This document shows, piece by piece, positions 27,600 to 41,489 of a DNA stretch of 64,000 nt; within the stretch, counting starts at the first letter, position 1, and each line of letters opens with the position of its first letter. Below the pieces are notes generated by a model. That model was not told where the DNA came from. It did no database searches and saw nothing but the letters and a program-made list of their open reading frames with translations. Origin of the DNA: Octopus vulgaris (taxonomy: Eukaryota). Location of the stretch: contig OX597825.1 in NCBI GenBank assembly GCA_951406725.2, positions 17,546,001 through 17,610,000 of the forward strand. Direction: 5' to 3'. The position numbers and the translations under genes are program-made.

Positions 27600-27994
27600 C
27601 TAGCAGTATCGCGCCGCGTTGTTGGGGTTTGTTTCGACCCTTTAGAATCGGAATTTTTGAAAAATAAAAATTTTGCTTTATGTAGCTTGTTATTCTCTTT
27701 AAGTGAACATTTTTCTGGTTGAAATACACAGAAAGATGGCGACACAGCAGTCAAAAAATCGTAAAAAATAGGGACTTTCATAGAAAAAATCATATTTTTG
27801 ATGTAAATAATTTTTGGTGTTAACATGGTCCGATTTGAATTAATCCTGCTACGGAAGGAAGAGCAAGCCTTCTTCTATCATATTCCCAATTTTGGTCAAC
27901 TTGCGCCGTAGGGTCTTGGAGGAGATAGTGTTATTTGATGGCTACCAAACTTGGCACACACACAGACATACAACTTCAGCTTTATATGTATAGA
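27600..27994 (-). mobile_element. Non-autonomous Helitron
   Basis: Minus strand begins A|TCTATACATATAAAGC and ends ...GCGATACTGCTAG|T, with a GC-rich subterminal segment and no TSD. It shares its 3' terminus with 57024-57658. Confidence 0.8.
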
Positions 27995-28710
27995 TTATGT
28001 AGATATATTAGTTCCAGTATTCAATGTTTATTTTGCTTGCTTATACAAAAATAAAAAAAAAAAGATTACTTAGTATATCTTTGTAGTAGGATGTATACCT
28101 ACATCTGCAGAATGACCTAGTTACTGCTGATTCGGAATACAGCCATATCTAACCATTCAAAGGAAGAGAAACCACCTACGTCCAGTTCAGTATTTATGTA
28201 TTCTTTAATTTGATCACTCCCTCACTTCACTTCAAAACTTATTCCTAAACGTAGCACTTAACATTTTTTAAGATTATAGCATGATTATAAATTTCACTGT
28301 TTTCTTCCAATGACGAGTTCTTTTGCAGCATAAATCTTTTCAGAGTAAATCCGCAAGACAAAAGGAAATTTGGCATTTTTCCTGAAATACGTCAATGATT
28401 TAAGTAAGGCAACATTCCTTGGAAAATTCACGCTAAGGCAGGATAATTCAATAAAGATTCATTCCTGTTATAAATGAGAAAAAATATACCCTTGGAAGTA
28501 TTTTCAGCATTTTTGGAAAAAGATGTTTTTGTCGAGTACTTTGTTTTTTTTTTCTTTTGATGATATTGACGTGATATTGGACATTTTTCTCATTTTAATG
28601 ATTTGTAATAATTTTGACATCGCAAACTTTGTAATTTTTGAGTGTGAGATGTTATATGAATATAGGCAGAAGCTTATTATTTATTAATTATCTAATATAT
28701 TCATATATAT

Positions 28711-29123
28711 GTGGCTGTGTGGTAAGTAGCTTGCTAACCAACCACATGGTTCCGGGTTCAGTCCCACTGCGTGGCATCTTGGGGAAGTGTCTTCTGCTAT
28801 AGCCCCGGGCCGACCAAAGCCTTGTGAGGGGATTTGGTAGACGGAAACTGAAAGAAGCCCGTCGTATATATGTTTCTATATATATATATATATATATATA
28901 TGCGTGTGTGTGTTTGTGTGTCTGTGTTTGTCTCCCTAGCATTGCTTCACAACCGATGCTGGTGTGTTTACGTCCCCGTCACTTAGCGGTTCGGCAAAAG
29001 AGACCGTTAGAATAAGTATTGGGCTAACAAAAGAATAAGTCCTGGGTCGAGTTGCTCGACTAAATGCGGTGTTGCAGCATGGCCGCAGTCATATGACTGA
29101 AACAAGTAAAAGAGTAAAAGAGA
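28711..29123 (+). mobile_element. SINE family A, near full length
   Basis: gtggctgtgtggtaag...ccgggttcagtccc head, central (TA)(TG) tract, tail gactgaaacaagtaaaagagtaaaagag. Confidence 0.92.
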
Positions 29124-29149
29124 GTATATGTATGCATATATATATATTC

Positions 29150-29250
29150 TCTCGTTTCTTTCTGTGTTCCTTTCTGTGGAAGTGCGTAGGCTCGAAACGT
29201 TAAAGGCATATACTGATGCATCTGTTTCTTTTCTACACCACCTGTCCCGT
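29150..29250 (+). repeat. Short dispersed repeat with minimal hammerhead-like motif; second copy at ~38255-38370
   Basis: tttctttctgtgttcctttctg-tggaagtgcgtaggctcgaaacgtt...tacaccacctgtc is shared between the two loci. Confidence 0.7.
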
Positions 29251-29253
29251 CGT

Positions 29254-29329
<76 letters not shown>

Positions 29330-29339
29330 ATATGTGCGT

Positions 29340-29597
29340 GTCTGTGTGTGTACGTGTCTGTGTGTATTTGCGTTTATGTGTCTCTGTTTGCCACCCCCCG
29401 AAAAAAAAAGCATCGCTTGACAAACGATGCTGGTGTGTTTTCATCCCCGTAACCAAGCGGTTCGGCAAAAGAGACCGATATAATAAGTACTTGGCTTGCA
29501 AAGAATAAGTCCTGGGGTCTTTGCTCGACTAAAAGCGCTGCTCCAGCATGGCCACAGTCAAATAACTGAAACAAGTAAAAGAGTAATGAGTAAAGAG
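29340..29597 (+). mobile_element. SINE family A, 3' half
   Basis: Second copy of the 28920-29123 tail. Confidence 0.88.
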
Positions 29598-30044
29598 TTC
29601 GTTGTTGTTTTCTAGCTGCCGATCCAATGCGTTTAGCTAACAAATATGAATTGTTATCTCACCGCCAATGAAGCATGTATGGATTTACGTGTCCATGAAA
29701 TGTTGATTATATCATCCATAAAAATTACACAAAGTAGGAAACCGACCAGACACATTGTAAAATAATTACAAATTCTATAAATTTTGTTAAATATCTGAAA
29801 TAAATCTCATGTGAACAGCCCAACCTGTGACGTGTAACAGTGTTCTAGTTTATTTGAAGGATGTTGGTACATTTTCCGTCCAGACAGTTTCAATCACAAT
29901 AATTAGATCGAGCTGATGAAGTGGCAACCGACACTTGAGAGAGATACGCACCGCATAGTGGTACATATATCGAGACTACGTGATACTAAAATGTAGTTAT
30001 GTTGCTTGTACACGCACACATGCAATATGTATTGTATATGCATA

Positions 30045-30083
<39 letters not shown>

Positions 30084-30164
30084 ACAATTTGAATATATAT
30101 ATATAGCTATATTGATAAAAAGAATGAAAGAAGCCTCGATATTATGTAAATAGAGGAATTTATC

Positions 30165-30284
30165 TGTAAATGCAATATGTGACAATTATTCGGTAGCCAT
30201 GATAAAACTCCGAGTTTCCACATCAGTATCTGAAACTCGGAGTTTTATCATGGCTACCGAATAATTGTCACATACTACATTTAC

Positions 30285-30285
<1 letters not shown>
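30165..30285. repeat. Fold-back element: 54-bp arms, 13-nt spacer; related copy at 44579-44727
   Basis: Arm 30165-30218 is the near-perfect reverse complement of 30232-30285. Confidence 0.92.
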
Positions 30286-30353
<68 letters not shown>

Positions 30354-30356
<3 letters not shown>

Positions 30357-31081
30357 TTTGATACTTTGATACTTTGATAGGTTTCGGCCATTATTGGCCC
30401 AGGCCATGTCTAACTTAATAGCACCACCTGGTGAAGTCTTTCAAGTCAGAATTTGGGCACTATGGCCCACTCAAGTAGAGAGTTATTGTTTACAGAGACA
30501 TATCCGGGTGTAGGGGGTTTATCCGGGATTTCTTGAAGGAATCTGTCCAAGGACTTCTTGAACCCTATAGGGTCAGTTTCTATTTTAATGTGTTTTGGTG
30601 TAATGTTAAAGAGAGCGGGGCCAATTGAGGTGAAATAATTGTGCCGTATTGTTGTTATGAGATGAGAGTGCGATTTTTGTTTTGGGCGGATGGCTCGGGG
30701 CCCAAGCCTTGGATGTACCTTAAAGGTGATGCCAACATCATTTGGGCAATGCTGATGGAATATTTTCCACATCATGCAGATGATGTAGCGCTCACGACGA
30801 CGTTGGAGAGAATAGAGTTTTAGCTTTTCTAGTCGACCCCAATAGTCGAGGCCTGTCATGCCATCTATCTTTTTTGTGATTGCCCTTTGAGGTGCTTCAA
30901 TTTTTATGATACCTTGTATTGTGTGGGGAGACCACAGTGGACAACAGTATTCAAGGTGGGGTCGGGCAAAAGGGGAGAAGAGAAGGATAATGGTGTGGAT
31001 ATCTCTCGACTGGAAAGTTCTGAGAATCCAGGAACACATTCTGCGGGCCATGTCAACTTTGGTGTTTATATGAGTGGCCCA
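30354..31081 (-). mobile_element. 5'-truncated CR1-clade LINE (ORF2 C-terminus, 3' UTR, (ATCAAAGT)n tail)
   Basis: ORF 30446-31051 has [13 protein letters not shown]...[32 protein letters not shown], the characteristic CR1 post-RT region. An 8-nt tandem tail lies at 30354-30379. The reading frame is uninterrupted and the element sits in (TA)n. Confidence 0.9.
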
Positions 31082-31148
31082 TATATATATATATATATGT
31101 ACATATATATGTATTTATATTTTATATGTATATATATGTGTGTGTGTA

Positions 31149-31202
<54 letters not shown>

Positions 31203-31230
31203 CATATGTATGTATTTATATGTATATATA

Positions 31231-31278
<48 letters not shown>

Positions 31279-32045
31279 ATTGTATGTATGTATGTATATG
31301 TATATATACGTATGAATACAGACGTACACACACAATTATATGTATTGCATGTATGGTATATAAATATGTGTGTATGGTATATAAATATGTGTGTATGCAT
31401 GTGGATGTGTGTCTGTTTCAGACCTTCCTAAATCAGGTAGGCTAAATTAAGTTGAATGTTTTCTGTTTACTATTTTGCAGTTTAGTTTTTTTTTCTTTCA
31501 TACAATTTCTGGTATTTTTTTATGTAAAGGTCTTCATCTTGTGCAACGAATAAAATATCCTTTCATCACAGGTTCGGGTTATGCCATTATTAGAAAATGC
31601 TCTTGTTTCCATCTTATCTCCTTCATTTTGTTCCGTTTTACCACTTCTATCACATTTATTCGATAACTTTGCTATGTTTCTCCATGTCATTTTGTAGCCC
31701 AACCTTTAATTTTACTTCTATTTCGTTTACAATTTCAATTGTAGTTTCTTAGTATTCCTCATAAGCGCCTGTTTTTTCCATTTATATTGTACAACCTTTT
31801 GGCACCACGAAGTCGGAAAACAGATCATCTTAAAAAGACATTTATGTCGTTCTAATGGAGATATTTTATAACTACCTTGTAGAACGTAAACATTATTGTT
31901 CTATATCGGAGTGTAAATAGTGTTGTTCGTTCTGAGCAATTATGTTAATACGGAATATCAGATCAATTCCTTCAGTGAATATACAAAGCGTTTCCTACAT
32001 TCCCTGTTTTCTTATTGAGCCTTGCTAATTTACCTGGCGTCCGGT

Positions 32046-32466
32046 TACTCTTTTTACTCTTTTACTTGTTTCAGTCATTTGACTGCGGCCATGCTGGAGC
32101 ACCGCCTTTAATCGAGAAACTCGACCCCGGGACTTATTCTTTTTCTAAGCCCAGTACTTATTCTATCGGTCTTTTTTGCCGAACCGCTAAGTAACGGGGG
32201 ACGTAAACACACCAGCATTGGTTGTCAAGCAATGCTAGTGGGACAAACACAGACACACAAACACACACACGCATATATATATATATATATATATACATAT
32301 ATACAACGGGCTTCTTTCAGTTTCCGTCTACCAAATCCACTCACAAGGCTTTGGTCGGCCCGAGGCTATAGTAGAAGACACCTGCCCGAGGTGCCACGCA
32401 GTGGGACTGAACCCGGAACCATGTGGTTGGTAAACAAGCTACTTACCACACAGCCACTCCTGCGCC
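32046..32466 (-). mobile_element. SINE family A, full length
   Basis: Near-complete reverse complement of 28711-29123. Confidence 0.92.
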
Positions 32467-32609
32467 GAGCATAATTTATTCAGTTTTTACTGAAAAAGCA
32501 AATGTAATATCTTATATGTGTCTCAGTATTAAACTAATGCGTCTAATTTATCTCTTCGTAATATTTTATGCGTATGTTGCACTGTGGAGAGCAAATGGAG
32601 GATGAGGAC

Positions 32610-33718
32610 TGATAATTGTGGTAAAGATGAATCCCAAGTCAATTCTCTCGTTGATACGGTGTATAGTTTCAGTGCTGATGTCGAACTGAAAAGTTGAGGT
32701 GTGTTAGTCTTGAAGAGAAGCAAAATCAAATGTATGGGCAAACTAGCGATACCGTCGGGGAAGATTATGAAGCAGATAGAAGAGACTAGCTATAAGTACT
32801 TGGCGATATTGGAAATGGATAATGTGATGAAGAAAGAAATGACAGAAAATATTATTGTGGAGTACGTGCGCAGAATGTGACCGATCCTTAAGTCGAAACT
32901 AAACCGATAGAATAAGATTGAAGCTATCAACATCTGGGCGACTTCACAACTTACATATAGAACAGGGGTTATCGCATGGACAGCAGACGAACAAATCAGC
33001 TTAGACAGAAAGAGAAGGAAGACCCTGACCAAGAAAAAGAAAGGGAAGAGGACTGATTGGATACAAACATAGCATTGGAGCAGAAGAAAACACCATAACA
33101 TACGATGTAAAAAATGCCACAGAATCGCTATTATTGGAATTAAGAAGGCTAGGCTTTTTTAGGATGGAAGATTGCAAAGATAAAACACTTTACAATCACT
33201 TGAGAATGAATGAAACTGAAAATAGGTGTATAAACAAAAGAATGCATGGACAATTTCATAGGGATGTTGAAGAAGAGACAGACAGAGAAAAATATGGCAA
33301 TGGATGACTCAGTGCAACCATGAGATAGAGGAATAGGAAACCGGACAAAGTGTTAATTGAGAAAGAAAGCAAACGATGTTAAGTCATAGATATATCATGC
33401 CCAGCTGACAACAAGGTATGGGATAAGGAAGAAAGAAAAGTCGATAACTATGAAAGGTTAGCCTGGGAGGTTACGCATTTGCGATCGTTGAAAAAGGTGG
33501 TGGTAGTACCAATAATTGTCGGAGCCCTGGGAACAGTGAGTAAAATTCTCGAGAAGTACGTGGAACAAATAGGGGCTACACTATGGGTGGAAAACTTCCA
33601 GAAAACAGCACTGGTTAGAACTGCTCGAATATTCTGGATGGTACTCGAACGATAAAGGTTTTTTTTTACCTTAGTTTACTGGTAGTGAAAAGTTGATACC
33701 ATAGTACATCTAATAATA
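32610..33718 (+). mobile_element. Degenerate R4/Dong-clade (RLE) non-LTR retrotransposon, 3' part
   Basis: Broken frames give SLVDTVYSFSAD, YKYLAILE, ILKSKLN..NKIEAINIWA, LDRKRRKTLT, KRMHGQF, and KPDKVLIEKE...VIDISCPAD (PD..D restriction-like endonuclease). These are followed by VVPIIVGALGTV and QKTALVRTARI, with a stop at 33653-33655. Confidence 0.88.
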
Positions 33719-34299
33719 GATCTAGAAATTGAAATACAAAAGATGCTGCATTTCAAGGTATAAGCTCTACCTGTTAGTACATGTGTTCCTAGTATCGTAC
33801 AGATGCAAATTTCAGAAACATGTAGGCAAAATCTCAGAAAAGCCATGTCCCACAGAAATCAAAAAAAGTTTGCAGCGACGTGTAGATCCCAATTCATTAA
33901 AAAATAACCAAATATCAGCGTCATTGATTTGTGTTTTGTTGCAGTACATGAATGTATTTCTGCATTGAGTCCCCGGGATTTTCTCCCCAAGCTTTCAATA
34001 GCATATAAACATGTTTTTCAAAGTATGCATTGTGTGAGCCGGGAAGTGATTGCATCAAACACGTACATCAAAGGCAAAATATTCATATCGATGACGATGC
34101 TGATGATGCTGATGACAACAACATCTACAACAGCAACAACAAAAACCCAAAATTACACCAGCAAAAACTATATTTCAGTGACAATGGATCAAAGAATGTT
34201 ACAAATGACAAGAGCGGGCTGGGAACTCACATTCTAAAGAATCGTATGAAATATTGGAGGGCATGTTTTTAGAACGCTGTTTCGATTCTGCCAATTCAT

Positions 34300-34326
34300 A
34301 TGATGATGATGATGATGATGATGATG

Positions 34327-34379
<53 letters not shown>
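34300..34379. repeat. (TGA)n(TAA)n microsatellite
   Basis: Directly visible. Confidence 0.95.
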
Positions 34380-34999
34380 TGGGATCCTCCCCCTCAAGAA
34401 ATCTCTCTAAACAATACAAAACTATTATAAACACATAAATAAACATCCAAATTTTAGGATTTCATAAACCAACAAATGGCAGAAAATGAAAAAAAATTTA
34501 TAATGACATTTCAACAATAAAATATTGCGTGACAAACGTCACGTTTCATAATAACAATTCCTTTGCAAATACTTTGTCAAACGAGAGTATAAGGAACACA
34601 AACCAAATTCATCGTAAGCCAACGTGCTTTCAGAGAAGAAATATTTATGTAAGAAACGATTTGCTGAGACATCTAAATCACGGCAGCATTGTCTTAACAA
34701 GATGGGTACATCTATCAAGAAATTACACTACAGGAAGAAAGTAAGGCGACTGTAGCTTTACAAGGTCGTTACCTTGAGTTGTTGCATCAAATGACAGTTC
34801 TAAGCATGCTTTTGCACACACATAAAGTGAAATCTCATTTAGAGAAGGCACATGGGACAATACGTTTCGTGTTTAACACTGAGAATCCAGGAGAAAGACA
34901 ACGCACACGTAATAAATACTCGAGAAAATGATATATATATCGGAAGCTCATTATTAGTTATGTAGGCTTAAGGGATACGTAGGTGGGGAGGTCATCATC

Positions 35000-35371
35000 C
35001 TCTTTTCTTTATGACTTTAACCCTACAACGCGGACTATAGGCCACTTATAGTTGAATTCCATGTTGCATAATTTTTGGCTTCTGTACTTATACTCTGCCA
35101 CGAATGTCCCACTTCCTCTATTTCCTTTTGTGTTGATCTCCGCCACGAGTTCTTAGTCCTACCTCTCCTTCTATAACCATCCGGTTTCAACTGTATAGCA
35201 CTTTTTGGTGTGTGTTTTCTAATCGTGCTACCAATCCGGATCCACTTTTTCTTAAATATTTGCTCCCTAATCGAAACTTGATTTGTTCTTTGCCATAGCT
35301 CCATATTGCTTATGTGTTCGGGCCATCTAATTTTCAGTATACTACGCAAGCATCTGTTGATGAATGATTGT
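35000..35371 (-). mobile_element. RTE-clade LINE 3' fragment
   Basis: FINRCLRSILKIRWPEHISNMELWQRTNQ...KKKWIRIG...GYRRRGRTKNSWRR; the typical RTE ORF C-terminus. Confidence 0.85.
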
Positions 35372-35609
35372 AGAATGATTAAGACGAGAATAAGTAAGGC
35401 AAGGACTTACTTTTCACCTGTTAAAGAAAGTATGGAGCCCATCATGGCCAAACAAAATTTCCTCGTCCGGAAAGTATACAAATAAACTTAAGAGACGTGT
35501 TCCGTAGAGAATATGATTGAAAGAACTTCGAACTCTTTTATAAGAGCAGCAAATATTGTAACTAAATGCGAAGTAGTAAAAGACATCTAAGAACTTTTCT
35601 GCCCAGAAA

Positions 35610-35765
35610 GTGGCTGTGTGGTAAGTAGCTTGCTTATAAACCACATGGTTCCGCGTTCAGTCCCACTGCGTTGCATCTTGGGCAGATGTCTTCTACTATA
35701 GCCTCGGGCCGACCAAAGCCTTGTGAGTGGATTTGGTAGAAGGAAACTGAAAGAAGCCCGTCGTG
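35610..35765 (+). mobile_element. SINE family A, 5' half
   Basis: Matches 28711-28866 and ends in (TA)n. Confidence 0.88.
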
Positions 35766-35777
35766 TATATGTATATA

Positions 35778-35831
<54 letters not shown>

Positions 35832-35978
35832 TAGTGAGAATTTGCCAAAAACAAAACAAAACAAAAACATTTTTTAAACGGCTGTGTAAACAACAAACGG
35901 ATGTATTACTTTAACACTCGGGAAGTGGGAATGTCTTATACAGAAAAAGGTATAGTGGCTAGCGATATACATACATAC

Positions 35979-36040
<62 letters not shown>

Positions 36041-36817
36041 CTCATAACATGAATTATAAGCACCACTGAATTGCTAACATTTTTTCTCCTTTCTTTTAAG
36101 AAAAACAAAACAGTTATAAATGGGTAGACCTTTACTTTACCTAAGTGATTCTACCTACTACCAGTTTTTCCATAACGAAATAAATCTTGCTTATGTTTAC
36201 GGTAAAAATAATAGAATTAAAAATATTTTTACTATCCTATTCTCTTTTGGATATATTAATTTACATTTGGAGTTTGTTAACAATTACACGTAAGATGTTC
36301 AAAAAGAATCATTCATGGAACGCTCATTTTTTCCCGCTATCTGTTATTATTTGTCCAGTAGAAACGTCTGTTACGAAGGAGCCACAGTTGGTTCTATCAC
36401 AATATGTGAAAGATATATGAAGATATTCGTTTCGTACATAATTTTTATTATGATTAATAATGCCTTATTTTATTTCGATGTACTTTAGAATACATGTTCC
36501 TATATTTTGGCACGATTCTCACCGGCCGTTTGCTTCAGCCGTTTTTATAATCGGTGACTTGGGTCACGTAGTAAAGATTATAGAATGTTATCGTTTCTAA
36601 TGGGTTATAGAACATCCCACAAATCTTTGAAAGATTTGTAGATTTTCTATAATTCAGTAGAAAACTCACACGCACAGAGCAACAAAACCCTATATACATG
36701 TTTAGGAATGTGCATGTCTATATGTATGTATGCTTGCATGAATATACGTATTTATGTGCGTGTGGTATATGTTCGTAACTATTTATAATATATGTGTGAG
36801 TATGTATGTCTATATAA

Positions 36818-36873
<56 letters not shown>

Positions 36874-37541
36874 ATATTTATCTATATGTGTGTATATATT
36901 TCCTGAATGTTTAATTTTCTAAGTTCTAGCATGACTTCATAGATTTGGCTAGAGTTACTTATTAGGCCAAGTAAACGAAAGAGATGGCGATCTTGTCAGT
37001 TTGAGGTCGTACTTGCATACTGTGATTTACACAAGTTATTCTTTTAGACGTACCGATGCCAATAGTGAAACCAAACTTGTAATTATATTAAGAGACCATA
37101 AGAAACATATGAATATAGCAACATGAATATAACAACAGCATGGACATCTATAACGATTTATTTTCTGTCATACCAACCTTTATCAATATGAATAATAAAC
37201 TAGGCCTATGTAATTATCCGCATACGGTAGTATGGATTGTGGCCTGAAAGCATTGAGGCCTTCTGAGTTAAAATATTTGAGATGCATGTTAAAGCTATAT
37301 GTTTCTACTGAATTAATGTTGCTAAGCAAGCATGATTTTATGTGCGTGTGTATGTCTACGTGTTCTGGTACTTGTGTTTATAAATACTTCTCAATACACG
37401 CAGAGGCACATATACACGTACATACAAAAATACACACATGTATGTATATATGTATGTATGTACATGTTATATATATATATATATACATACAAACAAGTAT
37501 ACACATTTATGTATATGCATGTGTGTATCTATGTATGTATG

Positions 37542-37581
<40 letters not shown>

Positions 37582-37599
37582 TATATATATGTTTATATA

Positions 37600-37687
<88 letters not shown>

Positions 37688-39264
37688 TACACTTTAGTGC
37701 ATACAGGCCTACGTGTGATTCTCTGAATGTGGGTGTATATATGCGTGTTTGAAGCCGTTGGATTGGAAGGAAACCTCGGAAGAAGCATATTTAATACTAC
37801 TTAAGTGCTTTAAGGTGCCACTTCTTGCAACAAAAGTTACAGTATCTGCTAAATAGAGGAATTCTGTTAATAATTCAGCGAAACCTTCATTTGATTTATT
37901 TTTGTTTTCCCAAGTAACATCGTATACGATGCTGTAAATGAAGAACGAACTTTGAAGTACCTCATTATTGTTTAAATCATAAGTATCGTTTAGTGCAAAA
38001 GAATCTTATATTTCTTGCACTTTAATTTGTTTGATAACATTGAAAATATATCACAGATTTGAGACGACATATGTTAACAGTATAAAAAAAAATATTTTAG
38101 GATTCACCCTTCAACCTACTATAACGCAAAATTTTATCGTTTATAGTGTGTGTAATAGTTACTAAATATCTCGATTTAAAAAAAAATATTTAGCTAACGC
38201 CCTGATAGATCGGTAGCCACTACACACATTTTTTACTCTCCTAGTTTCTCTCCTTGTTTCTTTCTGTATTCCTTTCTGAGGAAGAGCGTAGGCTCGAAAC
38301 TTAAAATACCTTTACAATTCATGAGCGTTATACTAATACATCAGTTTGTTTTGTACACCACCTGTCTTCGTCTTTTGTTTATTTCGTGAATTCTCTCCTC
38401 ATAAGATAATATCTTGCACGTTCGTTTTTCAACAATATCTCCTAAAACATTGTACAATCGGGCAGTTTCAAAGAGTATCTGCTATGCGTGCGAAGTAGAT
38501 TTCCTATCAGACAACCATGTTTTGGTATGAAATATATCTTTACAAAAGCATTAAATAATTAGAATTGGCTAGCAGAGATATGAAACATCAATTATATAGA
38601 GGAGACATGGTTTTTCTTGCGTTTAATATATGGCCCATATAAAGTAGTCAAAATCAAGAGCCACAATGAATTAGAGCCAGTTGTTCGATGATACTACGGT
38701 GTACAGATCCTGCACGGTATTCCCTGATAAATGCGTTGCTCAATGCATTTATTCCCAGGTTTTAATTCATTGAATATATTTGAATACAAGGTTTACTTTG
38801 TACAACTAAACATGTAATTTCAAAAGAGAATTATACCAATAATATAATATATCTCACTGGAATAGCACACGACGACTCAATTGTATCAACTAGAATTTTA
38901 TAATTTGTTCTGTAATATATGCAGGGCCCATCCAGATGACCTATCAAAAACAACATTATAAAAAAAGATGTTTTTAACAACAGATCATGAAATTCAACGT
39001 ATTAGACATAAGAAGGTAGTAACTTAAGCGTGAAAAGGGTTTCAATCCCAGCTCTGTCACAAAATTATAAAAATACAAAAAAAAACTTGTGATATGAATG
39101 TCGGATTTCACAGTTTCATAAGGCATGTTATGTAAATAATATACATAATTCCTCATATCTTAATCAAAGAACTATATTTGTGTGTGTGTGTGTGAGAGAC
39201 ATAGATGAGTGCGTGAGCGCGCGCGCGTGTTCGTAGATAGACAGATAGATATACATATCGATAC

Positions 39265-39745
39265 GTGTGTGCCCTTGTCTTTGTGTTTGTCCTCCACCAC
39301 CGTTTGATCAGCGGTGTTTGTTTATGTCTCTGTAAGTTAGCATTTCTGCAACTTTATAGTGGAGGCGAAATGACCCAGTGGTTAGGGCAGCGGACTCGCG
39401 GTCGGCAGATTGCAGTCTCGATTCTCAGACCGGGCGTTGGGTGTGTTTATTGAGGGAAAACACCTGAAAGGTGCACGAGGCCCCGACAGGGGCTGGGGTG
39501 GCGACCCCTGTTGTATTCATTCGCCATAACTTTTTCCCACTCTTTCTTCCTGTTTCTTGAGTAACGCTGCGATGGACTGGCGTTCCGTCCAGCTAGGGGG
39601 TGCACATACACCACAGAAAACGGGAAACCGGGCCCATGAGCCTGGCGAGATTTTAAAGGGCGCATAAATAAATAAAATAAACCCTGTAAAAGGTTGCTCC
39701 AGCGTAGAGGCGGTCCAATGACTGAAACAATTAAACGTAAAAAAA
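39265..39745 (+). mobile_element. SINE family A 3' half interrupted by a family C SINE (39359-~39680)
   Basis: Family A tail pieces at 39265-39350 and 39690-39740 flank gtggaggcgaaatgacccagtggttagggcagcggactcgcggtcg...gggaaaccgggcccatgagcc. Confidence 0.8.
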
Positions 39746-40343
39746 TATATATTTTCGAACATACGAAACGCATTTCAAAACAACTGCTTTACAGTTGTGG
39801 GCAATCAAGATATTATTTATTTTATTATATTTGTCAACTTAAAGTGAAATAAAAAAAAAAAGCAAAAACATCTCCGTTGAAACAGTAACATTGTATTGAC
39901 TGTAGTAAAATTGAAGAATTCTGTGCAATGGAGTGAATGGAAAGAGGTTTAATTTATTCATAGTACGTATTTAATTTAGATGAATTATGGAGAAATACTG
40001 CCAAATAAAGAATATAAAAACTCATAAATCTTTTATCCATGATTACCTACGCCAAGGCAACATTACTTTAAACAGTTTCACATTCATACTTCTCTAATCA
40101 TATAGAATTTTTCAAATAGACATAAATAGCGAATTGTGGAAATAAACAGGTACGAAAATGCATAAGCACAAGCTTATGCAATCAGAAACACAAATACATA
40201 CACTCATAAAAACACAGACACACAGAGAGGCACACGTTGACTGTGAATCGTACACACACATATGTATATACAAGTATATGTATGTGAGTTGTGTGTGTAC
40301 ATGCAATTATATATGAATATATATTCATACATATACATATATG

Positions 40344-40392
<49 letters not shown>

Positions 40393-40422
40393 GTATATAT
40401 ATGTATATATATATATATATGC

Positions 40423-40456
<34 letters not shown>

Positions 40457-40516
40457 ATATACATATATCTATATCTATATATGTATTATATACATATATA
40501 TGTATGTATATATATA

Positions 40517-40558
<42 letters not shown>

Positions 40559-40561
40559 TAT

Positions 40562-40610
<49 letters not shown>

Positions 40611-41125
40611 CAGTATATATATATAGGAACACACATATCTCTGTACATGTACATATATCCTTATGTGTGTGTGTGTGTGTGTGTATAAAAATATACATAT
40701 ATATTATATATGTATGATGGAAGGCATGAATGAATGAATGAGATTAAATGCGTATTGTTTATTGTTATTGTCATGAATTTAACATATAAATAGTAATATA
40801 GATCTTTAAATATACATACAAATTTAATAATATATATCTGTAGATGCATTTCGATCTAATTTATTGAACATTATAAATACAGAAAATTATGCATCGCCAT
40901 GTTTATCGCTTGAAACGAATATATTTTCTTATATTAATATATGTGTAATATAATCCAAGCGTTTACTTCCAAGAACATGAAAATTTAACCATAACTGTAT
41001 GGAAGTGACCCATTTAGTAGTTTCCATTTCTTGGTGTCATCAACAGAAATATAGCTTCGGTAGCACGAAGCACATAAATCTGTATTCCTCACCTTTAAAT
41101 TGGAAAATCGCTTCTAAATTTACAT

Positions 41126-41127
<2 letters not shown>

Positions 41128-41167
<40 letters not shown>

Positions 41168-41306
41168 CAGTAGTAGTAGTAGTAGTAGCAGTAGTAGTAG
41201 CAGCAGCAGTAGTAGTAGAAGTAGAAGTAGTAGTAGTAGTAGTTGTAGTAGATGTAGCAGCAGCAGTAGTAGCAGCAGCAGCAGTAACAATAGTAGTAGT
41301 TGATGC

Positions 41307-41359
<53 letters not shown>

Positions 41360-41375
41360 AAGTTTAGTAGTAATA
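41128..41375. repeat. (AGT)n/(AGC)n microsatellite
   Basis: Directly visible. Confidence 0.95.
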
Positions 41376-41489
41376 GTTGTTAATAATTATAACAACTACA
41401 ACAGCGTTGTCGTCGACGACTACGATGACAATGATGATAGTAATGATAATTAGGATGATAATGATGAATGATGATGATGATGATGGTGA

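Noticed and set aside
29913-29945. CUGAUGA-AGUG/CACU hairpin
   Set aside because: It is followed by UGAGA rather than GAAA and has no stem I; compatible with chance.
33729-34272. Overlapping 79-102 aa ORFs with an acceptor-like site near 33944
   Set aside because: No recognisable protein similarity, low-complexity content, and no frame can be preferred.
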